Shown here piece after piece: positions 41,704 to 51,358 of a stretch of DNA of 64,000 bases (position 1 is the first letter of the stretch; each line of letters begins with the position of its first letter). The stretch covers positions 512,001-576,000 of the forward strand of contig CAWCBP010000008.1 in NCBI GenBank assembly GCA_963793865.1. Reading direction: 5' to 3'. The position numbers were made by a program, and so were the translations under genes. The notes below the pieces were generated by a model. The model was not told the DNA's origin. It saw only the letters and a program-made list of their open reading frames with translations, and ran no database searches. This DNA comes from an uncultured delta proteobacterium (GTDB taxonomy: Bacteria > Desulfobacterota > WTBG01).

Positions 41704-43080
41704 TCATGAAAGACCCTGCAGCTTGCGCATGAGCTCTTCCCCCAGCTGCCAGATATCGCCGGCGCCCAGGGTGATGACCGTGTCCCCCGGCTTGAGCAGG
41801 CTGATGAGCCGGTCCGCCAGCTCCTCTTTGCGGGGGACGTAGAGAACATTTTTGTGGCCCCGCTCCCTGATGCCCCGGCAGAGAACCTCGGCTGTCACCC
41901 CCGGCAGGGGATCCTCACCCGCCGGATAAATGTCGGTGAGCAGCAGCAGGTCCGCCTGATTAAATGCGCTGAGAAATTCGCGGTACAGATCCCGGGTGCG
42001 GGTATAGCGGTGGGGCTGAAACAGCACCACCAGCCTTCCCTTCCAGATGGCCTTTGCCGCCCTCAGGGTGGCCTGAATTTCCGTGGGATGATGCCCGTAG
42101 TCATCGATAAGGTTGATGCCGTTGAAGGTGCCCTTGAGCTGGAACCGGCGCTGCACCCCGCCGAAGGTTTTGAGCGCTTCCTGTATGACCGGAAAGGGAA
42201 GCTTGATTTCCATGGCGGTGGCAATGGCGGCCAGGGCGTTGAGCACGTTGTGCACGCCGGGAATGGGCAGCTCTATGGTGCCCAGCTCTTCCCGGTGACG
42301 GAGTACTTTGAAACTCATGGACAGCCCCCGGGCGGAAATATCGCATGCCTGCAGGTCGGCCTGGGGTGTCAGCCCGTAGGTGAGGTAGCGTTTTTCCAGG
42401 CGGGGAATCAGATCCTGCACGTGCTGGTTGTCGAGGCAGAGGATGGTGAGCCCGTAAAAGGGGATCTTGTTGGTGAAGGTGACAAAGGCGCGCTTGATTT
42501 CATCGATTGAGCCGTAATGGTCAAGGTGCTCGGGGTCGATGTTGGTGACCACGGCTATGGTGGGAGACAGCTTGAGGAACGAACCGTCGCTTTCGTCCGC
42601 CTCCACCACCATGAAATCCCCGCTGCCGAGTATGGTGTTGGTGTTGATGGTATTGAGCTTTCCCCCGATCACCACCGTGGGGCTGATGCCCGCCCGGTCG
42701 AGGACCGTGCCGATGAGCGAGGTGGTGGTGGTTTTACCGTGGGCGCCGGCAACGGCAATGCCGTATTTCAGCCGCATCAATTCGGCAAGCATCTCCGCCC
42801 GCGGGATCACCGGGATGGCCCGGCTGCGCGCCGCAATCACCTCGGGGTTGCCGGTTTTGACCGCCGAGGAGGTGACCACCACGTCAACATCGGTCACATG
42901 CTGTTCATGGTGGCCCTGGAAAACGGTCGCGCCGCGCTTCTGCAGACGCTCCGTGGTCTCGCTCAGCTTCAGATCGGACCCGCTCACCCGGTATCCAAGG
43001 TTCAGCAGCACCTCGGCTATGCCGCTCATGCCCGCGCCGCCGATCCCCACAAAATAAATATGCTTGATGCTCTGGTACAT
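41704..43080 (-). CDS. murC: UDP-N-acetylmuramate--L-alanine ligase
   Basis: [35 protein letters not shown]. Confidence 0.98.
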   Translation of the reverse strand: MYQSIKHIYFVGIGGAGMSGIAEVLLNLGYRVSGSDLKLSETTERLQKRGATVFQGHHEQHVTDVDVVVTSSAVKTGNPEVIAARSRAIPVIPRAEMLAELMRLKYGIAVAGAHGKTTTTSLIGTVLDRAGISPTVVIGGKLNTINTNTILGSGDFMVVEADESDGSFLKLSPTIAVVTNIDPEHLDHYGSIDEIKRAFVTFTNKIPFYGLTILCLDNQHVQDLIPRLEKRYLTYGLTPQADLQACDISARGLSMSFKVLRHREELGTIELPIPGVHNVLNALAAIATAMEIKLPFPVIQEALKTFGGVQRRFQLKGTFNGINLIDDYGHHPTEIQATLRAAKAIWKGRLVVLFQPHRYTRTRDLYREFLSAFNQADLLLLTDIYPAGEDPLPGVTAEVLCRGIRERGHKNVLYVPRKEELADRLISLLKPGDTVITLGAGDIWQLGEELMRKLQGLS

Positions 43081-43099
43081 GGTTTTTTTTAACAGTCCT

Positions 43100-44173
43100 T
43101 CAGGTTAGCAGCGCGTAACAGTGCTCAACGATTTCCCGGGCGGCATCAGGCCTTCCCAGCCTGCCCGCGTTCGCTCCCATGGCGGAGAGATCATCCGGGC
43201 TGCGATAGAGCTGAAGGATGCGCTCCGCCAGCGTCCTGCCGCTCAGCTCCCCCGGGTCAATGATGGTGGCCGCGCCCCGGCTGACCAGGAACATGGCATT
43301 ATGATGCTGGTGATTGTCAGCGGCCCAGGGATAGGGGATGAGGATGGAGGCCTTGCCGTGCACCATCAGTTCCGCCAGCGTGGTTGCCCCCGCCCGGCAG
43401 ACGATCAGATGGGCGCGCCGGTATGCGCCGGCCATGTGCTCGATAAAGGGAACCGCCTCGGCGGTAAAGCCCCGCTCCCGGTACGCTCCCCTGACCGCTT
43501 CCAGGTCGGCGGCGCCCGTTTGATGGATGAGCAGCAGCTCATCCCTGACGGGCAGCAGGTCCTGCAGCGCCTCAATGAGCGCGCAGTTGATCTGGTGTGA
43601 GCCGAGGCTGCCGCCCGATATCAATACGGTAAACGGCCGGGCGGGCGACGGCATCGGCGCCCCCTGCAGGTGCTGCTTTCGCAGCGGGTTTCCCGCGAGG
43701 ACCGCTTTGCCCGGGGGGAAATAGCGCTCCGATTCCTGGAAGGAGGTGAAAATACGATCTGCAATCCTGCCCAGGCTGCGGTTGGTGAGCCCGGGAAGCA
43801 CATTCTGCTCGTGGATGGCCCGCTTGACCCTCATGAGATAAGCGGCCGCCAGCACCGGTGCCGACACGTAGCCTCCCATCCCCAGGACCAGCTGGGGGGC
43901 GAAGCGCCTGATGATCAGCAGCGCCTGCATGATGCCCCTGCCGAGGTGCAGCAGGGCGGCGAGCACCTGCAGCGGATGCTTGCCCTTTACGCCGGCGGCG
44001 TCGATGGCCTCGAAGGAGCACCCGGCAGGAATCATCGTCCGCTTGTCCAGGTCCCGCCCGGTTCCGACGAAGAGGACGGCGGTCGCTTCATCCTTCTCCC
44101 TGAATGCTTCGGCCAGCGCAATGCCCGGAAACAAGTGACCTCCTGTACCGCCGGCGGCGATGAGTATTTTCAT
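43100..44173 (-). CDS. murG: undecaprenyl-PP-MurNAc-pentapeptide GlcNAc transferase
   Basis: AGGTGGH, HEQN, GGSLG, RAGATT. Confidence 0.97.
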   Translation of the reverse strand: MKILIAAGGTGGHLFPGIALAEAFREKDEATAVLFVGTGRDLDKRTMIPAGCSFEAIDAAGVKGKHPLQVLAALLHLGRGIMQALLIIRRFAPQLVLGMGGYVSAPVLAAAYLMRVKRAIHEQNVLPGLTNRSLGRIADRIFTSFQESERYFPPGKAVLAGNPLRKQHLQGAPMPSPARPFTVLISGGSLGSHQINCALIEALQDLLPVRDELLLIHQTGAADLEAVRGAYRERGFTAEAVPFIEHMAGAYRRAHLIVCRAGATTLAELMVHGKASILIPYPWAADNHQHHNAMFLVSRGAATIIDPGELSGRTLAERILQLYRSPDDLSAMGANAGRLGRPDAAREIVEHCYALLT

Positions 44174-45279
44174 AGCTTGGTTTTCATGGACGGCTGTGAT
44201 CCGATATTGAGCAAAATGCCCATGCTGGTCAGGTTGATGACCAGGGACGTTCCCCCGTAGCTGATGAAGGGAAGCGTGGACCCCTTGGTGGGCAGAAGAC
44301 CCATCACCACCCCCAGGTTGATGGCCGCGTGCAGGCCGATGAAAGCGGTAATGCCCAGGGCCAGATAAGTGCCGAAGAGGTCCGGCGCCTTGAGGCAGAT
44401 TTTTATGCCGCAATAGATCAGCAGCCCGAAAAGCAGGATAATCAAGCAGGTGCCGACGAAGCCCATCTCCTCTCCCAAAATGGAGAAGATGAAGTCGGTA
44501 TGGGGCTCCGGCAGGTAAAAGAGCTTCTGCCGGCCGTTGCCCAGCCCCGTTCCCCACAGACCGCCTGATCCAAGGGCGATAAACGACTGGATGATCTGAA
44601 AGCCGGTGTCGGAGGCGTCCTTCCAGGGGTCATAAAACGCGGTGAGGCGCTCCATCCGGTATTTGGTGGCGATAATCAGCAGATAGCCGCCCGCCGCGGC
44701 AATGGCAAAAAATGAGGCAAGGTGCTTGAGCCTGCCTCCGCCCGCAAACACCAGCAGCAGGAAGAGCATGATCATCAGCATGGCGGTTCCGAAATCCGGC
44801 TGCTTGAGCACGAGCCCGAACATGAGCAGGGTGATCAGCAGGTGGGGGAGAAACCCCACCGAGAAGGATTTCATCCGCTCCTCTTTGCGGGAGAGGGAAT
44901 AGGCCAGAAAGATCACCAGGCCCAGCTTGGCAAACTCCGACGGCTGGAAGGAGACGGGTCCCACGTGCAGCCACCGGGTGGCTCCGCCGATGGTTTTGCC
45001 CATCCCCGGGACCAGAACCAGTATCAGCGAGGCAACGCTGACTGCCAGGATGAGATAGACACATTTCTTGAGCAGCTGATAGCGGATGCAGCGCGCGAGA
45101 AACAGCATCAGGAAGCCGAGCGCGGCAAAGGCGATCTGCTTTTTCAGGTAGTAGGTGCCGGTGCCGCATTTGTCGGCGGCGGATATGGAACTGGAGCTGT
45201 AGACCATGATGATGCCGATGATCACAAAACTGAAGACGATGGCCAGCAGCAGCCGGTCGTATACTTTTTGCGATTCCAT
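44170..45279 (-). CDS. ftsW: peptidoglycan glycosyltransferase FtsW
   Basis: GATRW, QPSEFAK, QPDFG, LPEPHTDFIF, LPFISYGG. Confidence 0.97.
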   Translation of the reverse strand: MESQKVYDRLLLAIVFSFVIIGIIMVYSSSSISAADKCGTGTYYLKKQIAFAALGFLMLFLARCIRYQLLKKCVYLILAVSVASLILVLVPGMGKTIGGATRWLHVGPVSFQPSEFAKLGLVIFLAYSLSRKEERMKSFSVGFLPHLLITLLMFGLVLKQPDFGTAMLMIMLFLLLVFAGGGRLKHLASFFAIAAAGGYLLIIATKYRMERLTAFYDPWKDASDTGFQIIQSFIALGSGGLWGTGLGNGRQKLFYLPEPHTDFIFSILGEEMGFVGTCLIILLFGLLIYCGIKICLKAPDLFGTYLALGITAFIGLHAAINLGVVMGLLPTKGSTLPFISYGGTSLVINLTSMGILLNIGSQPSMKTKL

Positions 45280-46676
45280 TACGCGTTTCCCCCCTCATGA
45301 GTTCCGGCGAAGCGGTGAACCAGTGCGCTGAAGGCGTCTCCCCGCTGTTCATAACTGGCGAACATGTCAAAGCTGGAGCAGGCGGGGGAGAGCAGGATGG
45401 TGTCGCCGGCGGATGCCGCCTCGCGCACGGAGCGGTTGAACGCGTCTTCAAGGCTGTCCGCCAGGATGACGGTGGTTGCATCTTTCAGCACCTCCCGCAT
45501 TTTTTCCCTGGCCTCGCCGATGAGCACCAGCGCCTTCACTTTTTCCCTGAGCAGGGGAATGAGCGGATCGTAGTCGCCGCCCTTGTCCTTGCCGCCTGCG
45601 ATGAGAATCAGGGGCGGAGGCATTGATTCCAGAGCGCTCACCACTGAGCCGACGTTGGTCGCCTTTGAATCGTTGTAAAATCGTATCCCCTTGTGTTCCA
45701 GCACGAACTCCAGGCGGTGGTGCAGCGTTTTAAAATGGTCTATGGTGCGCTGGACGGACTCCCGCCCGCACCCGCAGAGCCTGCTCACGGCAATTGCCGC
45801 CATGACGTTGTGCAGATTGTGGGTGCCCTTAAGCTGCAGGCGATCGGCGGCGAAGGTCTCCTGCTCATCCCCCACCCGGTAGCAGAATTGCCGGTCGCGG
45901 TAGTATATGCCGGCGGGTACCGGCCGGCTGGCGCTGAAGGAAATCATCGTCGCCCGGACCGAAGGGGAGAGCTTTTGCACATCCGCATCATCGGCATTAA
46001 GCAGGGCGTAATCGCTCTCCCGCTGATTGGAGAAAACCCGTGCCTTGGCGGCAATGTACTCTCCGTATGAGGAATAGCGGTCGAGGTGGTCCTGCTGGAG
46101 ATTGAGCAGCACGCTGATGAAGGGCCTGAATGTCCGTATGCCCTCCAGCTGGAAGCTGCTGATTTCGGCGATAATGAATTCGGCGGCATGTCCGTGCAGG
46201 ACATATTCAATCAGGGGGGTGCCGACATTGCCGCCCAGAAAGATGTTCCTGCCCGCGCCGCGAAAAATCTCGGCCATGAGCTTGACGGTGGTGGTCTTTC
46301 CATTGGTGCCGGTTACGGCGATGATGGGTGTCCGGATGTGGCGGGAGGCCAGCTCTATTTCGCTGATGATCTCCCTGCTTTTTTCCGCCGCCGCCCGCAG
46401 CGGCGGCACATCCGGCGAAACCCCGGGGCTGACCACAATCAGATCGGCGGCAAGGAAGGTTTCCAGCCGGTGGCCTCCTGTTTCAACGGTGATCCCCCGG
46501 CCGCTGAGGGCGCGCAGCGCGGGCAGTACCGCCGCCTCATCGCGCGCTTCGCTGACCGTAACCCGTGCCCCCCGGCCCTGCAGAAACTGCGCGGTTGCGA
46601 CGCCGGTAGCGCCCAGCCCCACCACCAGAACCTTTTGACCCTTCATCTGCGGTTGCGATGCCTTCAGTTCTTCCAC
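45279..46676 (-). CDS. murD: UDP-N-acetylmuramoyl-L-alanine--D-glutamate ligase
   Basis: GLGATG, TGTNGKTTT, EISSFQL, NDSKATN, SPACSSFD. GTG 46676 preferred because ATG 46715 lies inside a MITE. Confidence 0.95.
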   Translation of the reverse strand: MEELKASQPQMKGQKVLVVGLGATGVATAQFLQGRGARVTVSEARDEAAVLPALRALSGRGITVETGGHRLETFLAADLIVVSPGVSPDVPPLRAAAEKSREIISEIELASRHIRTPIIAVTGTNGKTTTVKLMAEIFRGAGRNIFLGGNVGTPLIEYVLHGHAAEFIIAEISSFQLEGIRTFRPFISVLLNLQQDHLDRYSSYGEYIAAKARVFSNQRESDYALLNADDADVQKLSPSVRATMISFSASRPVPAGIYYRDRQFCYRVGDEQETFAADRLQLKGTHNLHNVMAAIAVSRLCGCGRESVQRTIDHFKTLHHRLEFVLEHKGIRFYNDSKATNVGSVVSALESMPPPLILIAGGKDKGGDYDPLIPLLREKVKALVLIGEAREKMREVLKDATTVILADSLEDAFNRSVREAASAGDTILLSPACSSFDMFASYEQRGDAFSALVHRFAGTHEGGNA

Positions 46677-46694
46677 CGTTTGCCTTCTCTCCGG

Positions 46695-46810
46695 CAGTCC
46701 GTTGAAAAACGTCATTGATTCCTTTATTTATATGTGGCTCAAGGGGGAGGGGCTTTTAAGCCACAACAATGTGTCTTTACGCGCCTGCGCCGCTACTTTT
46801 TCAACAACCT
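46695..46810 (-). mobile_element. MITE-like element (variant) between mraY and murD
   Basis: Ends CAGTCCGTTGAAAAAC and TTTTTCAACAACCT. Internal GTGGCTCAAGGGGGAGGGGCTTTTAAGCCACAAC is shared, inverted, with 63074-63105. Confidence 0.7.
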
Positions 46811-46847
46811 CGAGTGCGACCGCCACTGCGGCGCGAGTTGCCTCATG

Positions 46848-47924
46848 CTAGCGCAGCTTGAGCGTGCTGATGGCCACCAGGGCCAGCATGGCGGCGATGA
46901 TCCAGAACCTCACGATTATCTTCGGCTCCGCCCATCCCTTCAGTTCATAGTGGTGGTGGAGCGGGGCCATGGCGAATATGCGCTTCTTCCTCAGCCGGAA
47001 GGAGGCGACCTGAAAAATGACCGAGAGCGCCTCCACCACAAAGATTCCCCCGACGATGGCCAGGAGTATTTCATGCTTGCTGATTATGGCAATGGTGCCC
47101 AGGGCACCGCCCAGCGACAGGGAACCGACGTCACCCATGAACATCTGGGCGGGATAGGCGTTGAACCAGAGAAACCCGGTGGCCGCCCCGAGCAGGGCCC
47201 CGCAGAAAATGGTCAACTCCCCGCTGCCGGGAATGTAGAGAATCTGCAGATAGCTGGCTATCTTGCTGTGCCCGGCAAAATAGGAAAAGAGGAGGTAGGT
47301 CAGCGAAACCATGAGCACCAGCCCGATGGCCAGCCCGTCCAGCCCGTCGGTCAGGTTTACCGCGTTGGATGTGCCGACAATGATGAGGATGACGAAGGGA
47401 ATGTACAGCATCCCGAGATTGATCGACACCTGCTTGAAAAAGGGTATGGTCAGCGTCCGGTCGAATTCGGGGGTGAGGTAGAAGTAGATGCCCAGGGCCG
47501 TTCCCACCAGCATCTGTCCCCAGAGCTTAAAGCGGGCGGAGACGCCGCGGGAGCTTTTGCTGCGGATTTTTTTCAGATCGTCGATCAGGCCGATGACGCC
47601 CAGCGCCCAGGTGGTAAGCAGGACCGTCCAGAGATACCCGTTGGTGAGGTCGCCCCAGAGCAGCGCGCCCGCCGACAGGGAGAAGAGGATGAGGATTCCG
47701 CCCATGGTGGGCGTGCCGCGCTTGTTCAGATGTCCCGACGGCCCGTCCTCCCTGATGTGCTGGCCGAGGTTGAGGCTGCGGAGCTTGTTGATGAACCAGG
47801 GACCGAGCACCAGCGCGATGAGCAGGGCGGTAATGATGGCATAGATGGTCCTGAAGGTAATATAGCGAAACACATTAAATATGCTGTAGGTCTCATGCAG
47901 CGGGTAGAGCAGGTGATAGAGCAT
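46848..47924 (-). CDS. mraY: phospho-MurNAc-pentapeptide transferase
   Basis: [36 protein letters not shown]. Confidence 0.98.
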   Translation of the reverse strand: MLYHLLYPLHETYSIFNVFRYITFRTIYAIITALLIALVLGPWFINKLRSLNLGQHIREDGPSGHLNKRGTPTMGGILILFSLSAGALLWGDLTNGYLWTVLLTTWALGVIGLIDDLKKIRSKSSRGVSARFKLWGQMLVGTALGIYFYLTPEFDRTLTIPFFKQVSINLGMLYIPFVILIIVGTSNAVNLTDGLDGLAIGLVLMVSLTYLLFSYFAGHSKIASYLQILYIPGSGELTIFCGALLGAATGFLWFNAYPAQMFMGDVGSLSLGGALGTIAIISKHEILLAIVGGIFVVEALSVIFQVASFRLRKKRIFAMAPLHHHYELKGWAEPKIIVRFWIIAAMLALVAISTLKLR

Positions 47925-47943
47925 GAATCTGTTTCCTTGCGGT

Positions 47944-48330
47944 TTAGCTGTTTGCCTGTGCCAGGCGGCTTTTCAAACCTTCCTGCACGACTTCAATAAG
48001 CTGGTTGTGGCTGAACGGCTTGCAGAGTCGCGCATAGGGCCGGGGACTGCAGTCCGTCTCGGTGCCGGCGCGCCCGGTCAGCACGATGGTGACCATTTTC
48101 GTTTTGAGCTGGGATATTTTCTCCAGCAGTTCCATTCCCCCCATCAGGGGCATTTGCAGGTCGGTGATGACCACGTCATAGTGGCTGCTGCGCAGTATAT
48201 CAAAGGCCTCCCTTCCGTCGGCGGCGGTGCTGACCTCATATCCGTTCAGGGCTAAGAATGCCCCGGTGATCTCCCGCACCACCTTCTCGTCGTCAACCAC
48301 CAGTATTCTGGGCGTCGGCTGCGTGGCCAT
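47944..48330 (-). CDS. single-domain response regulator receiver (CheY-like)
   Basis: [32 protein letters not shown]. Confidence 0.88.
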   Translation of the reverse strand: MATQPTPRILVVDDEKVVREITGAFLALNGYEVSTAADGREAFDILRSSHYDVVITDLQMPLMGGMELLEKISQLKTKMVTIVLTGRAGTETDCSPRPYARLCKPFSHNQLIEVVQEGLKSRLAQANS

Positions 48331-48372
48331 AGATTCCTCCCTGTGCCGGTAAAGTGCCTGCCTCTCTTCAGA

Positions 48373-49818
48373 TCAGTGATTGCAGCTCATGCGCAGTGCC
48401 GGCGCGGGCGAAGGACCGCCCGCGCATGCCGTTCGCAGCTGCCTGAAGAGCTCCATGCTTTTCTCCATGCGCATGCCCCGGGATCCCTTGAAGAGTATCC
48501 AGTCGTGGGGCTGCACCATGCCGTCAAGCCGGCGGGCGATTTCCTCGGGGGTGTCCGCAATGGATACGGCCGCCCCTGCGGTTCCTCTCTCACCGGCACC
48601 GGCCGCCACGGCGTGGGCGTGAGCGCCGGTAAGAATGGCATCGCTTATCTGTAAGTCGGTGATGAGCGATCCCAGCTGGCGGTGATATGTCTCCGAGGCC
48701 TCACCCAGCTCCAGCATATCGCCCAACACCGCAATTCCCCTTCCTGTGCCCCTGAGCTGCGCCAGGACTTTGAGGGCAATTGCCATGGAAACGGGGTTGG
48801 CATTGTAGGTGTCGTTGATGATGGTGATGTTATTATCAAGGCGGATGATTTCCATCCTGCCCGGGAAGGAGGTGTATGCCTCCAGTCCCGCCTGTATCTC
48901 CTGCATGCCGGCCCCGCAGAGGCTGGCTGCCGCTGCCGCCGCCAGCGCGTTGTAGACGGAGTGCATACCCGGGACCCTGAGGGAGACCGGAATGCTTTCC
49001 TTCCCGATGACGAGGGTGAAGCGATTCTCCCCGGCCGCGGACGATAGCACATCCACCGCTCTCACCTGCGCCGGCGAAGCGATGCCGAAGGTCATGATCT
49101 GCGCGGGACACCGCCCGGCCAGCGCCGCGACACGGGGGTCGTCCGCGTTCATCACCGCATGGCAGCCGCTGCCGAGCGACTCCAGCAGCTCGCCTTTGGC
49201 CAGCGCCACCTCCTCAAGGGTTTTGAGGTATTCCAGGTGGACCGGGCCGACATTGGTGATGACGCCGATGCGGGGCCGGGCTATTTGGGCAAGCCGCCTG
49301 ATTTCGCCCCGCCGGTTCATGCCCAGTTCCAGCACGGCCATCTGATGGCGGGGCCTGAGCTCCAGCAGGGTAAGGGGCAGACCGATCAGGTTGTTCCAGT
49401 TGCAGCGGGGTTTGAGGACCGCGTGGGACTGCTCCAGGATGGCCGCGGTCATTTCCCTGGTGGTGGTTTTGCCGTTGCTTCCGGTGATGGCGATGATGGT
49501 TGCCGCCGTGTGCTCGACCCACGCCCCGGCGAGATCTCCCAGGGCGGTCAGGGTATCGGCGACCTGGATGACGGGAATGTCGGGAGGCAGGTCAACCCGT
49601 TTCCAATCCTTGTCGACCATGATCCCCGCGGCTTCAGCCTGCAGTGCCCGGCCGATAAAATCATGGCCGTCAAAATGCTCCCCTTTGAGCGGAATGAAGA
49701 GCTCTCCCGGTCGGGTTGATCGCGAATCGGTGGAAACCCCTTCCATCCGCCTTCGGGGATTGCCCTGCAGCACCCGCCCTGAAGCGGCCGCTGCTATGCT
49801 TTCAATAGTAAGCTCCAT
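48373..49818 (-). CDS. murF: UDP-MurNAc-tripeptide--D-Ala-D-Ala ligase
   Basis: TDSR, DGHDF, ITGSNGKTTT, NNLIGLP, DTYNANP, KGSRG. Confidence 0.97.
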   Translation of the reverse strand: MELTIESIAAAASGRVLQGNPRRRMEGVSTDSRSTRPGELFIPLKGEHFDGHDFIGRALQAEAAGIMVDKDWKRVDLPPDIPVIQVADTLTALGDLAGAWVEHTAATIIAITGSNGKTTTREMTAAILEQSHAVLKPRCNWNNLIGLPLTLLELRPRHQMAVLELGMNRRGEIRRLAQIARPRIGVITNVGPVHLEYLKTLEEVALAKGELLESLGSGCHAVMNADDPRVAALAGRCPAQIMTFGIASPAQVRAVDVLSSAAGENRFTLVIGKESIPVSLRVPGMHSVYNALAAAAAASLCGAGMQEIQAGLEAYTSFPGRMEIIRLDNNITIINDTYNANPVSMAIALKVLAQLRGTGRGIAVLGDMLELGEASETYHRQLGSLITDLQISDAILTGAHAHAVAAGAGERGTAGAAVSIADTPEEIARRLDGMVQPHDWILFKGSRGMRMEKSMELFRQLRTACAGGPSPAPALRMSCNH

Positions 49819-49836
49819 GATGCCGGATGTCCCCCC

Positions 49837-51354
49837 TCAGGATAACCGGGACAGCGCGCTGGATACTTCCTCCCGGTCGCTGAACTGGTGCCTGGTCGTT
49901 CCTATGATCTGGTAGTCTTCATGGCCCTTGCCCGCAATAAGCAGGATGTCCCCCGGTTTGCTTAGGCTGACGGCGGTTCTGATGGCCTCCCGTCGGTCGG
50001 GAATAACCGCATAGGCCTGTTTGTGCCCGTTTTCGCTCAGCGCCTGCCGCGTGAGCCTGGCGATGGCTTTTTTGTCAATGCCGGCCTCAATCTGTTCAAT
50101 GATGTCCTGGGGGTTTTCGGTGCGCGGGTTATCGGAGGTGATGATGGTGATGTCGCTTCTCCGGGTTGCCTCGTCGCCCATGGGTCCCCGCTTGGTGGTG
50201 TCGCGGTCCCCCCCGCAGCCGAATACGGTGATAAGACGCTTCGGTCCCAGTGCCCTCAGGGTGTCCAGCACCTGGGCCAGTGCGTCGCTGGTGTGGGCAT
50301 AGTCGATGAGAATGGTCAACCCCCTGCCGTTGGGCACCTGCTCCAGCCTGCCGGGGATGTGCTGCAGCCCGGCGATGCCCCGGCTGATCACCGGGAGGGG
50401 AATGTTCTGGGTGAGCGCCGCTCCCAGCGCCGCCAGGATGTTTTCGCTGTTGTATGAGCCGATCAATGAGGAGCGGATTTCAACCGCCCCGGACGGGGTC
50501 ATCACCCTCAGGGATGTGCCGCTGTGATCGAGCGCAAGGTCCTGCACGCTGATTTCAATGCCTTCCCGGATTCCGTAGCGCAGCAGCTTCGCCCTGCTGA
50601 TGGTGCAGAGGGTTTTGCCGAAATCATCGTCGTAGTTAATCAGCGCGTATTTTTTTTCCTTGCAGCTCCCCGGGAGATAGCGGCTGAAGAGCAGCTCCTT
50701 GGCCCGGGCATAGCTTTCCATGCTGCCGTGATAATCAAGGTGCTCGGCCGACAAATTGGTGAAGACGGCGACGTCGAAGTTGAGGCACTCCACCCGGTGC
50801 TGCTCCAGGGCGTGGGAGGATACCTCGATAATCAGATGGGTGATGCCGGCGTCAACCATTTCCCTCATGAGTGCCTGCAGGACCAGGGCGTTGGGGGTGG
50901 TGTTGGGGGCGGGCCGGCGGATGTTGCCGAAGCGGTACTCGATGGTCCCGATCACCCCCGGCCGATACCCGGCCTCCCTGAGGATTGATTCCAGCAGGAA
51001 GGTGGTGGTGGTTTTGCCGTTGGTGCCGGTAATGCCGATGACGGTCATGTGCCGGGAGGGATGTCCGTAAAAGCAGTCGGCAACCCGGGCCAGGGCTATC
51101 CGCGTGTCCGGCACCTTGATGACGGTCACCTCCCCTCCCGCGCGGGTGTCCTCCTCCACAATCAGCGCCCGCGCCCCGGAGGCGATTGCCTGCTCAACAA
51201 AGGCGTGACCATCGTTGTGGGCGCCTTTCAGCGCGACAAAAAGCCCGTCCTGTCCGACATGGTTGGAATCATGGGAGAGGTGCCTGATATCAACCAGCGT
51301 GGTTCCTTGTATTTCCCTGCTGCCGAGATCATTGATCAGGTGCGCGAGTTGCAT
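49837..51354 (-). CDS. murE: UDP-MurNAc-dipeptide--DAP ligase
   Basis: GTNGKTT, EVSSHAL, DYAHT, GCGGDRD, DNPR (DAP-specific), GKGHE. Confidence 0.97.
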   Translation of the reverse strand: MQLAHLINDLGSREIQGTTLVDIRHLSHDSNHVGQDGLFVALKGAHNDGHAFVEQAIASGARALIVEEDTRAGGEVTVIKVPDTRIALARVADCFYGHPSRHMTVIGITGTNGKTTTTFLLESILREAGYRPGVIGTIEYRFGNIRRPAPNTTPNALVLQALMREMVDAGITHLIIEVSSHALEQHRVECLNFDVAVFTNLSAEHLDYHGSMESYARAKELLFSRYLPGSCKEKKYALINYDDDFGKTLCTISRAKLLRYGIREGIEISVQDLALDHSGTSLRVMTPSGAVEIRSSLIGSYNSENILAALGAALTQNIPLPVISRGIAGLQHIPGRLEQVPNGRGLTILIDYAHTSDALAQVLDTLRALGPKRLITVFGCGGDRDTTKRGPMGDEATRRSDITIITSDNPRTENPQDIIEQIEAGIDKKAIARLTRQALSENGHKQAYAVIPDRREAIRTAVSLSKPGDILLIAGKGHEDYQIIGTTRHQFSDREEVSSALSRLS

Positions 51355-51358
51355 GGAT

